From: Pelagibacteraceae bacterium AG-337-G06
GTDB taxonomy: Bacteria > Pseudomonadota > Alphaproteobacteria > Pelagibacterales > AG-422-B15
NCBI GenBank assembly: GCA_003282175.1
Contig: QBZX01000001.1
Coordinates: 96,615 to 160,614 of the forward strand
Direction: 5' to 3'
DNA length: 64,000 nt
Below the pieces are notes generated by a model. That model ran no database searches, was not told the origin of the DNA, and was given only the letters and a program-made list of their open reading frames with translations. Positions within the stretch are counted from its first letter, which is position 1. Every line of letters begins with the position of its first letter. The position numbers and the translations under genes were made by a program. Of this stretch, positions 38,746 to 48,348 are shown piece by piece.

Positions 38746-39069
38746 ATGAATAATTTTAACAATATGATCAAACAAGCCCAAGAGCTGCAACAGAAAATGG
38801 CAGATGCGCAACAGAAAGTTGAGACACTTGAGGCAGAAGGTATTGCTGGTGGTGGAATTGTAAAGGTTATAATTAATGGAAAGAACAATGTAACCTCAAT
38901 TAATATCAATGACAGTGTCATTGATAAAAATGAAAAAGAAATATTAGAAGATCTTATTATGGCAGCATTTAATGATGCTAAAGAAAAAATACAGAAAAAG
39001 ATAGCCGATGAAATGAGTTCAGTTACTGGAGGATTAAAGCTACCCCCAGGAATGAAATTGCCTTTTTAA
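38746..39069 (+). CDS. ybaB: Nucleoid-associated protein YbaB/EbfC
   Basis: 'MIKQAQELQQKM...' and 'GGGIVKVIINGK...I.I', 107 aa, in dnaX-ybaB-recR synteny. Confidence 0.9.
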   Translation: MNNFNNMIKQAQELQQKMADAQQKVETLEAEGIAGGGIVKVIINGKNNVTSININDSVIDKNEKEILEDLIMAAFNDAKEKIQKKIADEMSSVTGGLKLPPGMKLPF

Positions 39070-39070
39070 A

Positions 39071-39676
39071 ATGCGATCCCGATCTTCGAATCCAGAAATT
39101 GATAAACTGATATTATTAATAAGTAAGTTACCTGGCTTTGGTCCTAAGTCAGCGAGTAGGGCAGCTTTACACCTTTTAAAAAAAAAGGAACAGTTAATGA
39201 TACCTCTGGCAGAAGCACTTCTATCCTCCAGTGAAAAAATTATCACCTGTGAAGTTTGTGGAAACATTGATTTATATAGCCCATGCAGTATTTGTAATGA
39301 TGAGAAACGATCAAAAAAACAAATTTGTGTAGTAGAGAATATTGCTGACCTATGGGCACTAGAAAAAGCAGAAGTATTTAACGGAATGTACCATATTCTT
39401 GGAGGCAATTTATCTGCAATAAATAGTATAGGTCCTGAGGATCTAAATTTAAAAAAATTAATCGATAGGGTGCGTGGTGATGAAGTGGAAGAGGTAATAT
39501 TAGCTCTAAGTGCAACCGTAGATGGCCAAACAACAGCACATTATGTTGCAGATACTTTGTCTCAAAAAGATATAGTTGTAAGCCGTTTAGGACATGGCGT
39601 TCCAGTAGGCGGAGAACTAGATTATATGGATGAAGGCACTATTGCAGCTGCCTTGAGTGCTCGCCAGAAAATATAG
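39071..39676 (+). CDS. recR: Recombination protein RecR
   Basis: HhH 'LPGFGPKSASRAA', C4 zinc finger 'CEVCGN...CSIC', Toprim 'ICVVENIADLWALE'. Confidence 0.95.
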   Translation: MRSRSSNPEIDKLILLISKLPGFGPKSASRAALHLLKKKEQLMIPLAEALLSSSEKIITCEVCGNIDLYSPCSICNDEKRSKKQICVVENIADLWALEKAEVFNGMYHILGGNLSAINSIGPEDLNLKKLIDRVRGDEVEEVILALSATVDGQTTAHYVADTLSQKDIVVSRLGHGVPVGGELDYMDEGTIAAALSARQKI

Positions 39677-39746
39677 TTGTGTCAGTTTTTCAGTCATTTT
39701 TCTATTCAATCTTGACCTTGTAACTAAGTTAGCCTATCTAAGTTTT

Positions 39747-40283
39747 ATGGCTATAAAGAAAATCCTTACTGCTCCAGATCCTTTTTTAAAGCAGGTATCA
39801 ACTCCAGTGAAGGAAGTAACAAAAGATATCCAATTATTAATGGATGATATGCTTGATACTATGTATGACGCTCCTGGTATTGGTTTAGCTGCTGTACAAA
39901 TAGGAGTTCCTTTGAGAGTAATAGTGATGGATATCAGCTGGAGAAATGAAGATGGTAAGAAAGAACCTTATTTTTTTGTAAATCCTGAAATCAAAGTAAA
40001 GACAAAGAACATGTCAACCTACGAAGAGGGTTGCCTCTCAGTTCCTGATCAGTATGCTGAAATTGATAGACCTGAGGAATGTGAGGTAAGCTACCTAGAT
40101 TACAATGGAAAGAAGGCAACATTGCACGCGGAGGGACTCCTCGCTACCTGTATCCAACATGAAATGGATCATCTTGAAGGCATTCTATTTATTGATTATT
40201 TGTCAAATTTGAAAAAAAACATGATTGTTAAAAAATTAATCAAATCAAAAAAACAATCGAGTAAAGAGCGTATCGTCGCTTAA
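39747..40283 (+). CDS. def: Peptide deformylase
   Basis: 'GIGLAAVQIG', 'EGCLSVP' and 'QHEMDHLEG'. ATG 39747 is used; the 39657 extension overlaps recR and is not Def-like. Confidence 0.9.
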   Translation: MAIKKILTAPDPFLKQVSTPVKEVTKDIQLLMDDMLDTMYDAPGIGLAAVQIGVPLRVIVMDISWRNEDGKKEPYFFVNPEIKVKTKNMSTYEEGCLSVPDQYAEIDRPEECEVSYLDYNGKKATLHAEGLLATCIQHEMDHLEGILFIDYLSNLKKNMIVKKLIKSKKQSSKERIVA

Positions 40284-40288
40284 TCAAA

Positions 40289-41209
40289 ATGACCAATTTT
40301 CGAATTCTTTTTATGGGTACAGCCCCTTTTTCTATACCTACTCTGAAAAAAATTACTACTAGTGGATACGAGATCAAAGGTGTCTATACGTCGCCGTCAA
40401 AGAAAGCAAATCGTGGAATGAAAATTTCAAAGTCACCAGTAGCATTATATGCAGAAGAAAATAACTTAAAGTTATATTCGCCAAAAGAATTACGCTCTCC
40501 AGAAGAAATTAAATTCATCAAAGATATGAAGCTTGATTTTATAGTTGTTATCGCCTATGGCCTTATACTGCCTGAAGAGATTCTTAATCTTCCAAAATTT
40601 GGCTGCTATAATCTGCATGCCTCGGTTTTACCACGATGGAGAGGGGCAGCACCAATTCAAAGATCAATGATTGAAGGAGATGAAATGACTGGGGTGACCA
40701 TTATGAAAATGAATAAGGGATTAGATACCGGAGATATTGTTTTACAAGATAAAATCAAAATTAATATTTCAGAGAGTTACACAGAATTAGAAACAAAGCT
40801 TTCATTAATGGGAGCTGGTTTATTTGAAAAATTTTTCAAAGACTCTCTATTCAAAAATATTATGCAGAAGCAAGATGATACTCTTTCTTGTTATGCAGAA
40901 AAAATATCTAAGCAAGAAACTAAGATAGATTGGAAAGAGGATGCTTTAAAAATAGTAAGACGAATTAATGCATACAATCCCAATCCAGGCGCCTGGTTTA
41001 TGTGGAAAAATAAAAGAGTAAAAATATTAAAAGCGATGGAGGTTGATATTGATGCTAAACCAGGAAAAGTTGTTGATGATGATCTGACTATTGGTTGTGG
41101 AAATAAATCAATTAGACCATTAATTTTAAAGGTAGAAGGCAAACAAAATTGCGGTATAGAAGAATTTTTACTGGGAAATAAAATATCAGTAGGCTCAATA
41201 CTTGAATGA
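40289..41209 (+). CDS. fmt: Methionyl-tRNA formyltransferase
   Basis: 'ILFMGTAPFS', 'NLHASVLPRWRGAAPIQR' and 'MKMNKGLDTGDI'. Confidence 0.9.
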   Translation: MTNFRILFMGTAPFSIPTLKKITTSGYEIKGVYTSPSKKANRGMKISKSPVALYAEENNLKLYSPKELRSPEEIKFIKDMKLDFIVVIAYGLILPEEILNLPKFGCYNLHASVLPRWRGAAPIQRSMIEGDEMTGVTIMKMNKGLDTGDIVLQDKIKINISESYTELETKLSLMGAGLFEKFFKDSLFKNIMQKQDDTLSCYAEKISKQETKIDWKEDALKIVRRINAYNPNPGAWFMWKNKRVKILKAMEVDIDAKPGKVVDDDLTIGCGNKSIRPLILKVEGKQNCGIEEFLLGNKISVGSILE

Positions 41210-41946
41210 AGAGATATAAAATAAAAATTGAATACGATGGCACTCCATTTATCGGTTGGCAAAGGCAAGACAAAGGACAATCGATACAAGGGGCAATAGA
41301 AGATTCGATTAAAAATTTATTTGAAGAAACTGTGACCATTTTCGGAGCCGGAAGAACAGATGCTGGCGTTCATGCTATGGGACAGGTCGCTCATTTTGAT
41401 ATCAATAACAAAAAGCTTGAACCTTATGTAATTAAAAATGCACTTAATGATCATCTACGCCCTTTTCCAATAGCTATCTTAGAAGTTGATGAAGTTGATA
41501 ATACATTTCATGCCCGTTTTAATGCACGTCAAAGAAAATATTTATATCGAATAGTTAATCGCAAATCTCCCTTAACAATTGAAAAGGGTAGAGCATGGCA
41601 TGTGCATAAAGAGATAGACGTAAATATTATGAAGGAATGCATTTCATTAATTGAAGGCAAACATGACTTTACAACGTTTCGTTCTGCTCATTGCCAGTCA
41701 GACAGTCCTATAAAGACAATTGATAGCCTTCAAATTACAAAATCAGAGGAAAATATTTACTTCGGATTTTCAGCAAAATCATTCTTACATCACCAAGTAA
41801 GGTCAATTGTAGGAAGCCTTAAATTGGTCGGTGAACAAAGCTGGCTGGTAAGTGATTTTCATGATGCTCTCAATTCTAGGGAAAGATCGAAATGTGGTGC
41901 AGTTGCCCCTCCAGATGGCTTGTATTTTATGGAAGTAAAATATTAG
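41206..41946 (+). CDS. truA: tRNA pseudouridine38-40 synthase
   Basis: 'YKIKIEYDGTPFIGWQRQ' and 'GAGRTDAGVHAMGQVAHF'. Shares a 4-nt overlap with fmt. Confidence 0.9.
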   Translation: MKRYKIKIEYDGTPFIGWQRQDKGQSIQGAIEDSIKNLFEETVTIFGAGRTDAGVHAMGQVAHFDINNKKLEPYVIKNALNDHLRPFPIAILEVDEVDNTFHARFNARQRKYLYRIVNRKSPLTIEKGRAWHVHKEIDVNIMKECISLIEGKHDFTTFRSAHCQSDSPIKTIDSLQITKSEENIYFGFSAKSFLHHQVRSIVGSLKLVGEQSWLVSDFHDALNSRERSKCGAVAPPDGLYFMEVKY

Positions 41947-41950
41947 GTTT

Positions 41951-41972
41951 AAGAGGCCTGGTTTGGCCTCTT
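41951..41972. terminator. GC-rich hairpin between convergent truA and the transglutaminase gene (shared terminator)
   Basis: AAGAGGCC (41951-58) pairs with GGCCTCTT (41965-72) around a 6-nt loop, followed by TTATTTATT on the + strand. It sits 5 nt after the truA stop and 3 nt after the minus-strand stop. Confidence 0.55.
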
Positions 41973-41974
41973 AT

Positions 41975-42796
41975 TTATTGGGGGGAATTCTCGATTGTCT
42001 GAACACTTATTTCTAAGTTTTCATTGCTATTTCCGTAATAAACACCTCTGATCGGAGCTGCAAAACTTGCATCAAGTCCACAAGAAACTCTGATGTACCT
42101 CTCATCAGGGGAGCAGCGATTTGTAGGATCAAATCCAACCCAACCTAGATCATTTATATATACTTCAGCCCAGGCATGAGTTGCTTGAAACTCAGAATCG
42201 TTTTCGTTTTTGTGCATATAACCACTTACATATCTTGAGGGTAAACCAATTGATTTAGCAGCAGAGATCATAATATGAGCCTGGTCTTGGCACACTCCTT
42301 TTTTTTGTTCCATAGCCATTGCAGCAGTAGTTTGTGTATTTGTGGTATATGGAACATAATCAATTTTCTCAGAAACAAGTCCGAGAATATTATGTGCCAT
42401 TTTTAATATCTCGTTATCGTTACAACTCTCTTTCGCTTCTAAGCCAAGTTCATAAATCTCCTTATTTGGCTGAGTAAGTCTTGTATTTCTCATGTAAACC
42501 AAGGGATTAACTTTATCATTTACACTTTTGTAAACACCATCAGTATTAAATGTCTCTACAATTCCTTTAACAAGAAAGTAAACATTAGTTTCTTTCTCTT
42601 CACTTTTAAAATTTACTACATTGTTTCCTTCTGCGTCTCTAAAGATATCACCACCCTTCTTTTCGTTTCTTGTAACTTCCCAATCAATAATTTTTAAACC
42701 ATTGTATGAAGAGGGTATAAGCTTAGTGGTTTGTATTAATCCTAAAAGATTATCATCATAATGGTAATTTGTTGTATGATTAACAGTAAGGTGCAT
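41975..42796 (-). CDS. Transglutaminase-like cysteine peptidase-fold protein
   Basis: Catalytic triad context 'KKGVCQDQAHIM' (Cys), 'ATHAWAEVY' (His), 'GWVGFDPTN' (Asp). Confidence 0.8.
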   Translation of the reverse strand: MHLTVNHTTNYHYDDNLLGLIQTTKLIPSSYNGLKIIDWEVTRNEKKGGDIFRDAEGNNVVNFKSEEKETNVYFLVKGIVETFNTDGVYKSVNDKVNPLVYMRNTRLTQPNKEIYELGLEAKESCNDNEILKMAHNILGLVSEKIDYVPYTTNTQTTAAMAMEQKKGVCQDQAHIMISAAKSIGLPSRYVSGYMHKNENDSEFQATHAWAEVYINDLGWVGFDPTNRCSPDERYIRVSCGLDASFAAPIRGVYYGNSNENLEISVQTIENSPQ

Positions 42797-42797
42797 A

Positions 42798-43733
42798 TTA
42801 TCTAAAAAAATGTGTTTGAATTTGATTGTCTAAAAACGATATCTTGGAAACAAAATTTGTAACATACTCATGCAGTCCGAAACTAATTATTGAATCAACG
42901 GTTTCTGTTTTGACTGAGTCATGGACATCTTTGAGTCCCATATATATATCTGTAATTTTTTCTGGACTACATTTTAGGCTGTTTAAATGATAGACAATAT
43001 TATTAATACAGAAACTAAGCGATCTTGAGCAGTCATTATTGAGTATAAAAAAATGAGCAATTTTAGTTGATGTTACATCTCCATCATAAGCCCAACGAAA
43101 TGCCCTAAAAGAGGATAGTGACCTTAAAAGTATGATCCATTGTAAATTATCTAGATTACCTCCAATGTAATCGGCCGTTGGCAAAAGAACAAAATATTTT
43201 ACGTCAAGTAATCTTGCTGAATTATCTGCTCTTTCAATAAATGTTCCAAGAAATATAAAATGATAACCATCATTTCTAAGAAGTGAATTAGCCGATCCTC
43301 GAAACATATTCACCTGTTGTATTGTCCACTCAGTAAAATTCGGTAAGTCTGATCGAGAATATTTATTTTTTTTAAATTCAAGCATTTCTTGGTAAGATTT
43401 ATTAATTGCAACCCACGCCTCAGGTGTAAAAGCAGTTCGTACAACTAGTGCGTTGTTTCTTGCGTTTAAAATACAGCTGTAAACTGAAGAGGGATTATCT
43501 TCATCAAAGAAAAGATAATCCTCAACATTTACTTGATTAATTTCATTATATTTTTGAAAATATCCTTGAGAAGCACCTGCTGCTGACAAAACAGAGTCCC
43601 ATTCATTATGATACCCTTTTGGGTTCGGAAATAGAGACATGCGATACCCTACATCTAATAGGCGTGCCATTGTTTCAGCTCTTTCCATGTATCTACTGAT
43701 CCAATATAAATTTTCGGCTGTTCTACTTAACAT
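42798..43733 (-). CDS. Alpha-E domain protein
   Basis: 'MLSRTAENLYWISRYMERAETMARLLDV' and the second half 'GTFIERADNSARLLDVKY' form the duplicated alpha-E signature. Confidence 0.75.
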   Translation of the reverse strand: MLSRTAENLYWISRYMERAETMARLLDVGYRMSLFPNPKGYHNEWDSVLSAAGASQGYFQKYNEINQVNVEDYLFFDEDNPSSVYSCILNARNNALVVRTAFTPEAWVAINKSYQEMLEFKKNKYSRSDLPNFTEWTIQQVNMFRGSANSLLRNDGYHFIFLGTFIERADNSARLLDVKYFVLLPTADYIGGNLDNLQWIILLRSLSSFRAFRWAYDGDVTSTKIAHFFILNNDCSRSLSFCINNIVYHLNSLKCSPEKITDIYMGLKDVHDSVKTETVDSIISFGLHEYVTNFVSKISFLDNQIQTHFFR

Positions 43734-43738
43734 CTTAA

Positions 43739-45160
43739 TTAATCAGCAAGAACCCAAGTGTCCTTGACTCCTCCTCCTTGTGATGAATTCACGACGTATG
43801 ATCCTTTATTTAGCGCAACTCTTGTAAGGCCACCTGGGCATAGTTGAGCTTGCTTACCTATCAAGCAGTATGGTCTCAAGTCCACACGCCTTCCTGTAAT
43901 TTCATTATCAATGAGAGTAGGTGATGATGAAAGATCCAAAGTTGGTTGGGCAATGTAGCCTTTAGGATTATTTTTTAATTTAAGAGAGAATTGCTCAATA
44001 GTTTTTTTTGTGGATTTTGGACCAATTAACATTCCATAGCCACCAGAGCCATCAACCTCTTTAACAACAAGATTTTTAATATTTTCTAAAACAAATTTTA
44101 ATTCATCATCTTTTTCGCATCGCCAAGTCTCAACATTTTCAAGAATAGGCATCTCACCTAAATAAAATTTTATCATTTCAGGAACATAAATATAAATAGC
44201 TTTATCGTCTGCAATACCGCAGCCTGGTGCAGAGCAAATATTAACCCCACCAGTTCGATATGCGTGGATAATACCTGGTACACCAATAACTGAGTTAGGA
44301 TTATAAAATAATGGATCTATGTAATCATCATCAATGCGTCGATATATAACATCAACTTTTTTTGGTCCATCAACAGTTTTCATATAAACAAGATCGTTTT
44401 CTACATAAAGGTCACTGGCCTCGACCATCTCTATCCCCATTTGATCAGATAGAAAAGTATGTTCATAATAAGCGCTATTCAAATGTCCAGGAGTTAAAAG
44501 TACAACTGTGGGGATGGAGCTATCACATTTCTTAGGAGCCAAGCTCATTAGTGTTTGCAGCAGTCTAGTAGGATAATCATCGACTCTTTGAACACGGTTT
44601 GAATGAAACAAATCTGGAAACATTTTCATCATAATTTCCCTGTTCTCCAACATGTATGATACACCTGAAGGTGTTCGACAGTTATCTTCCAGAACATAAA
44701 ATTGATCTCTTCCAGTTCTAACTAAATCAACTCCTACAATGGGACTATATATTTTACGCGGCGGTGAAAAACCTACCATTGATTGGTCAAACGATGCTTT
44801 CTTATAAACAATTTCTTCAGGAATTATCTTTGCTTTAAAAATTTCTCCACTGCTATAAATATCTGCTAAGAATGCATTGAGAGCTTTAGTTCTTTGGATT
44901 ACACCTTTCTCAATTTTAGACCATTCATGGTTAGTTAATATTCTGGGTATTAAGTCAAAGGGTATGATTCTTTCTGACATTGAATCATCTTGAACTGAAA
45001 ATGTTATCCCTATTCTTTTAAAATGACTTTCTGCTTCTACATTTTTTTTACTTATGGCTGTAGAAGACATAGTTCTTAGCCATGAATTAACATTTAGGTA
45101 GTGTTCTCTTATCTCAGCGTTATCGCTGTACATTTCATCAAACATGAAGTTAACATACAT
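43739..45160 (-). CDS. Circularly permuted ATP-grasp (type 2) protein
   Basis: 'FYVLEDNCRTPSGVSYMLENR', 'VVKEVDGSGGYGMLIGP' and 'GGLTRVAL..GSYVVNSSQGGGVKDTWV' are typical of this family. The start may instead be Met6 (45145). Confidence 0.8.
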   Translation of the reverse strand: MYVNFMFDEMYSDNAEIREHYLNVNSWLRTMSSTAISKKNVEAESHFKRIGITFSVQDDSMSERIIPFDLIPRILTNHEWSKIEKGVIQRTKALNAFLADIYSSGEIFKAKIIPEEIVYKKASFDQSMVGFSPPRKIYSPIVGVDLVRTGRDQFYVLEDNCRTPSGVSYMLENREIMMKMFPDLFHSNRVQRVDDYPTRLLQTLMSLAPKKCDSSIPTVVLLTPGHLNSAYYEHTFLSDQMGIEMVEASDLYVENDLVYMKTVDGPKKVDVIYRRIDDDYIDPLFYNPNSVIGVPGIIHAYRTGGVNICSAPGCGIADDKAIYIYVPEMIKFYLGEMPILENVETWRCEKDDELKFVLENIKNLVVKEVDGSGGYGMLIGPKSTKKTIEQFSLKLKNNPKGYIAQPTLDLSSSPTLIDNEITGRRVDLRPYCLIGKQAQLCPGGLTRVALNKGSYVVNSSQGGGVKDTWVLAD

Positions 45161-45249
45161 AAACAGTGTAATTATTTAATTTTATGCAATTGCCAAATTG
45201 ACAGATTAATTTTCTATTAAAGGTCAAAAAATTTGAGTAACTACATTTC

Positions 45250-45351
45250 ATGAGAAAAAAATTAGAAAAAAGCTTTAATTTTTCCCTTAAATACTTTCCT
45301 GGGTTAATCGTTGTTTACTTCATTTTTCTCATTTTTGGGGCGATTCTGTAG
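45250..45351 (+). CDS. Hypothetical 33-aa TM mini-ORF
   Basis: MRKKLEKSFNFSLKYFPGLIVVYFIFLIFGAIL*. It is in the same frame as the next mini-ORF, separated from it by TAG plus 2 codons. Confidence 0.2.
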   Translation: MRKKLEKSFNFSLKYFPGLIVVYFIFLIFGAIL

Positions 45352-45357
45352 GTTTTT

Positions 45358-45450
45358 ATGTTTGGAACAAAATGGAACTTTAACCCATCTCCTGTGAAGT
45401 TAGATATAGCACTAACAATATTCTTAATGCTACTGATTATACCCAAGTAG
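45358..45450 (+). CDS. Hypothetical 30-aa TM mini-ORF
   Basis: MFGTKWNFNPSPVKLDIALTIFLMLLIIPK*. Hand-translated, with no family recognised. Confidence 0.2.
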   Translation: MFGTKWNFNPSPVKLDIALTIFLMLLIIPK

Positions 45451-45475
45451 TTACTATTAGAATTTGATAATTATT

Positions 45476-46621
45476 CTAATTAAAATATTTACTTAAAATA
45501 AGTAAATAGATATTTCTGAGATTTTTAATATCTTGTAATTCTACATGCTCATCTATCTGGTGAGCCGTTTCACCAATGAGACCAAATTCGGCGACCTCAC
45601 AATAATCTTTAAAAAACCTTGCATCAGAAGTACCCCCTGTTGTTGTAAGTTCTGCGCTTAAGCCAGTGATTTCATCAGATGAACTTTTTATAATTTCTGT
45701 AAAATTTCCCTTTTTAGTGAGAAAGGGTTCTGCTGAATTATTATACTCAACATTGGATACATAATCAGTATTTTTAACTTGTTCACTGATAATCGTATCA
45801 ATGGTTTTCATTAAACTTTCCTTACTATGCTTAATATTATATCTAATGTTAAATGTACCTTCTGCACTTTGAGGCACTACATTTGAAGCACCATCACTTG
45901 AATTTATTTTGACAATTTCTACGTTTGAAGGAGGAAAGTCTTCAGCCCCCTCATCTAATTCTAAACTAATTATATTGTTCAAAATTTTAGTAAGAGGGTC
46001 GATCGGATTCAGTGTCCATTGAGGGTATGCAACATGACCTTGTTTACCAGTAATGCTTATTTTAGCTGTAAAGCTTCCTCGTCTGCCAATTTTAACCATC
46101 TCACCCAACTTACTCGGACAAGTTGGTTCACCAACAATACAAGAGTCTATTTTTTCTCCATTATTGTATATTTCCTCTAATACTTTTTTAGTACCATTTA
46201 TTGCTGGCCCTTCTTCATCATTAGTTATTAGCAGACTTATAGTACCTTTGAGTTCATTATTATTAATATAATCTTTCACAGCACAAACAAATGCAGCAAT
46301 TGCAGACTTCATGTCGCTCGCTCCACGGCCATAAACTTTTCCATCTTTTTCAGTTGCATTAAACGGGTCACAGCTCCATGCGTTTATATCACCAACTGGA
46401 ACAACATCTGTATGCCCACCAAAACAGATATGAGGTGTACCATTTCCAATTTTAGCAAAGAGATTGTCTACATCTGGCGTATCGCTATCACTAAATAAAT
46501 ATCGCTTACAATTAAAACCAATGTTTGATAACTCTTTTTCAAGTAAATCTAGTACACCATCATTTTTAGGAGTCACACTCTGACAAGATATCAACGCCTT
46601 TGTTAATTCGATAACTTCCAT
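45476..46621 (-). CDS. dapE: Succinyl-diaminopimelate desuccinylase
   Basis: M20 peptidase motifs 'GHTDVVP', 'YGRGASDMK', 'NDEEG'. Adjacent to dapD. Confidence 0.9.
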   Translation of the reverse strand: MEVIELTKALISCQSVTPKNDGVLDLLEKELSNIGFNCKRYLFSDSDTPDVDNLFAKIGNGTPHICFGGHTDVVPVGDINAWSCDPFNATEKDGKVYGRGASDMKSAIAAFVCAVKDYINNNELKGTISLLITNDEEGPAINGTKKVLEEIYNNGEKIDSCIVGEPTCPSKLGEMVKIGRRGSFTAKISITGKQGHVAYPQWTLNPIDPLTKILNNIISLELDEGAEDFPPSNVEIVKINSSDGASNVVPQSAEGTFNIRYNIKHSKESLMKTIDTIISEQVKNTDYVSNVEYNNSAEPFLTKKGNFTEIIKSSSDEITGLSAELTTTGGTSDARFFKDYCEVAEFGLIGETAHQIDEHVELQDIKNLRNIYLLILSKYFN

Positions 46622-46627
46622 AATACT

Positions 46628-47452
46628 TTACTCTCTTAATAGATCATTAATGGAGGTTTTTTTTCTTGTATTTTCATCAACTGTCTTAACAATGACTACA
46701 CAATAAAGACTTGGTTTTGTTGGATCTTCATTTGGCATTGTCCCAGGAACAACGACAGAGTATGCAGGAACTTCACCATACAGTATTTCACCAGTTGCAC
46801 GATTAACTATTTTTGTGGAGGCGCCGAGATAAACACCCATGGACAAAACTGATCCTTCTCGAACAATAACACCCTCTGCAACCTCGGCTCGAGCGCCTAC
46901 AAAACAATTATCTTCAATTATTACAGGATTTGCTTGTAGAGGTTCAAGGACACCGCCGATGCCAACCCCCCCAGAAAGATGACAATTCTTGCCGATCTGA
47001 GCGCATGAACCTACAGTTGCCCATGTATCAACCATAGTTCCTTCGTCAATATAGGCACCAATGTTTACAAATGAAGGCATCAAGACAACTCCCTTGCCAA
47101 TAAATGAACCCTCTCGTACTGTTCCATTGGGCACGTGCCGATAACCGGCTGCTTTCCATTGATCTTCATCCCAATCAACAGTTTTGCCTTTGACTTTGTC
47201 AAACCATGATGTGTAAGGGCCTCGAAGGATTGTATTTTCATTAATTCTGAATGAAATAAGAACAGCTTTTTTTAACCATTGATTTACAGTCCACTGATTA
47301 TCAACTTTTTCAGCAATTCGGAGCTCACCACTGTCTAGTTTCTTAATTACTTGATATACTGCTTGAGAAACATCCGTATCACTTGGTGATAAGTTTGCTA
47401 TATTCTCCCAAGCGCTTTCAATACTCTCTTTTAATTTTTGATTTTCACTCAT
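46628..47452 (-). CDS. dapD: Tetrahydrodipicolinate N-succinyltransferase
   Basis: Hexapeptide-repeat LbH core '[40 protein letters not shown]', 274 aa. Confidence 0.9.
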   Translation of the reverse strand: MSENQKLKESIESAWENIANLSPSDTDVSQAVYQVIKKLDSGELRIAEKVDNQWTVNQWLKKAVLISFRINENTILRGPYTSWFDKVKGKTVDWDEDQWKAAGYRHVPNGTVREGSFIGKGVVLMPSFVNIGAYIDEGTMVDTWATVGSCAQIGKNCHLSGGVGIGGVLEPLQANPVIIEDNCFVGARAEVAEGVIVREGSVLSMGVYLGASTKIVNRATGEILYGEVPAYSVVVPGTMPNEDPTKPSLYCVVIVKTVDENTRKKTSINDLLRE

Positions 47453-47456
47453 AAGT

Positions 47457-48344
47457 TTACTTTTTTATTAATGTCCCAGCTCCTTGCGTTGTTAGGAGCT
47501 CCATGGCAACAGCGTTTTGTTTTCTCCCATCAATTAAGGCGACCCCTTTTGCGCCATTTTTTAAGGTATTAAAGCATGCTTTGATCTTAGGTATCATACC
47601 GCTTTTTATAGTGCCTTTTTTTATGTATTGAAATGCTTTTTTACGATCGAGCTCTGTTATCAATTTCTTATTGTTATCCAGCACTCCTGCTACATCGGTT
47701 AAAAGCAATAACCTCTCAGCTTTTACTGACTCAGCGATGTAAGCGGCTGCTGTGTCTGCATTAATATTCAATGTATTTTTATTTGTATCAATTCCAAGTG
47801 GTGCGATAATTGGAATATGATTACTTTTAAGGGCTTTCATTATCAAATTTTTATCAATACCTCTTGGCTCCCCCACGAAACCAATATTACCATTCATCGC
47901 AATCTTTGCCTTAAGTACTCTTGTAATTACTCCATTAAATCTTTTTGTTTTACCCCCATTTTTTTTGATTTCATCAGATATTAGTTTATTCAAATCGTGA
48001 GACAAAATTCTTTTGACAACTCCAAGCACACTTTTTGTAGTCACCCTTAATCCTTGATACTCTTCATTATTAATTTTTCTTTTTTTCAATTCTTTTTCTA
48101 TTTGAGGACCACCACCGTGCACTACAATAACTTTAAAACCCAATTGATTTAATAAGGATATATTTTTTGCAAATGATTTTAAAAGTGCAGGTTTAGTCAG
48201 AGCGTATCCTCCATACTTTATAACGATAATTTTATTCTGATATTTTTTTATAAAGGAAAAAGTTTTGGTATGGAATTTTTTACCAGATATCCAATATTTT
48301 TCTAAAAGCTCTTTGCTTTCAGGCTGTTTATTTTGAAGAGACAT
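47457..48344 (-). CDS. argB: Acetylglutamate kinase
   Basis: 'IVIKYGG', 'VVHGGGPQI', 'NINADTAA' and 'LTDVAGV'. Confidence 0.9.
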   Translation of the reverse strand: MSLQNKQPESKELLEKYWISGKKFHTKTFSFIKKYQNKIIVIKYGGYALTKPALLKSFAKNISLLNQLGFKVIVVHGGGPQIEKELKKRKINNEEYQGLRVTTKSVLGVVKRILSHDLNKLISDEIKKNGGKTKRFNGVITRVLKAKIAMNGNIGFVGEPRGIDKNLIMKALKSNHIPIIAPLGIDTNKNTLNINADTAAAYIAESVKAERLLLLTDVAGVLDNNKKLITELDRKKAFQYIKKGTIKSGMIPKIKACFNTLKNGAKGVALIDGRKQNAVAMELLTTQGAGTLIKK

Positions 48345-48348
48345 TTTA

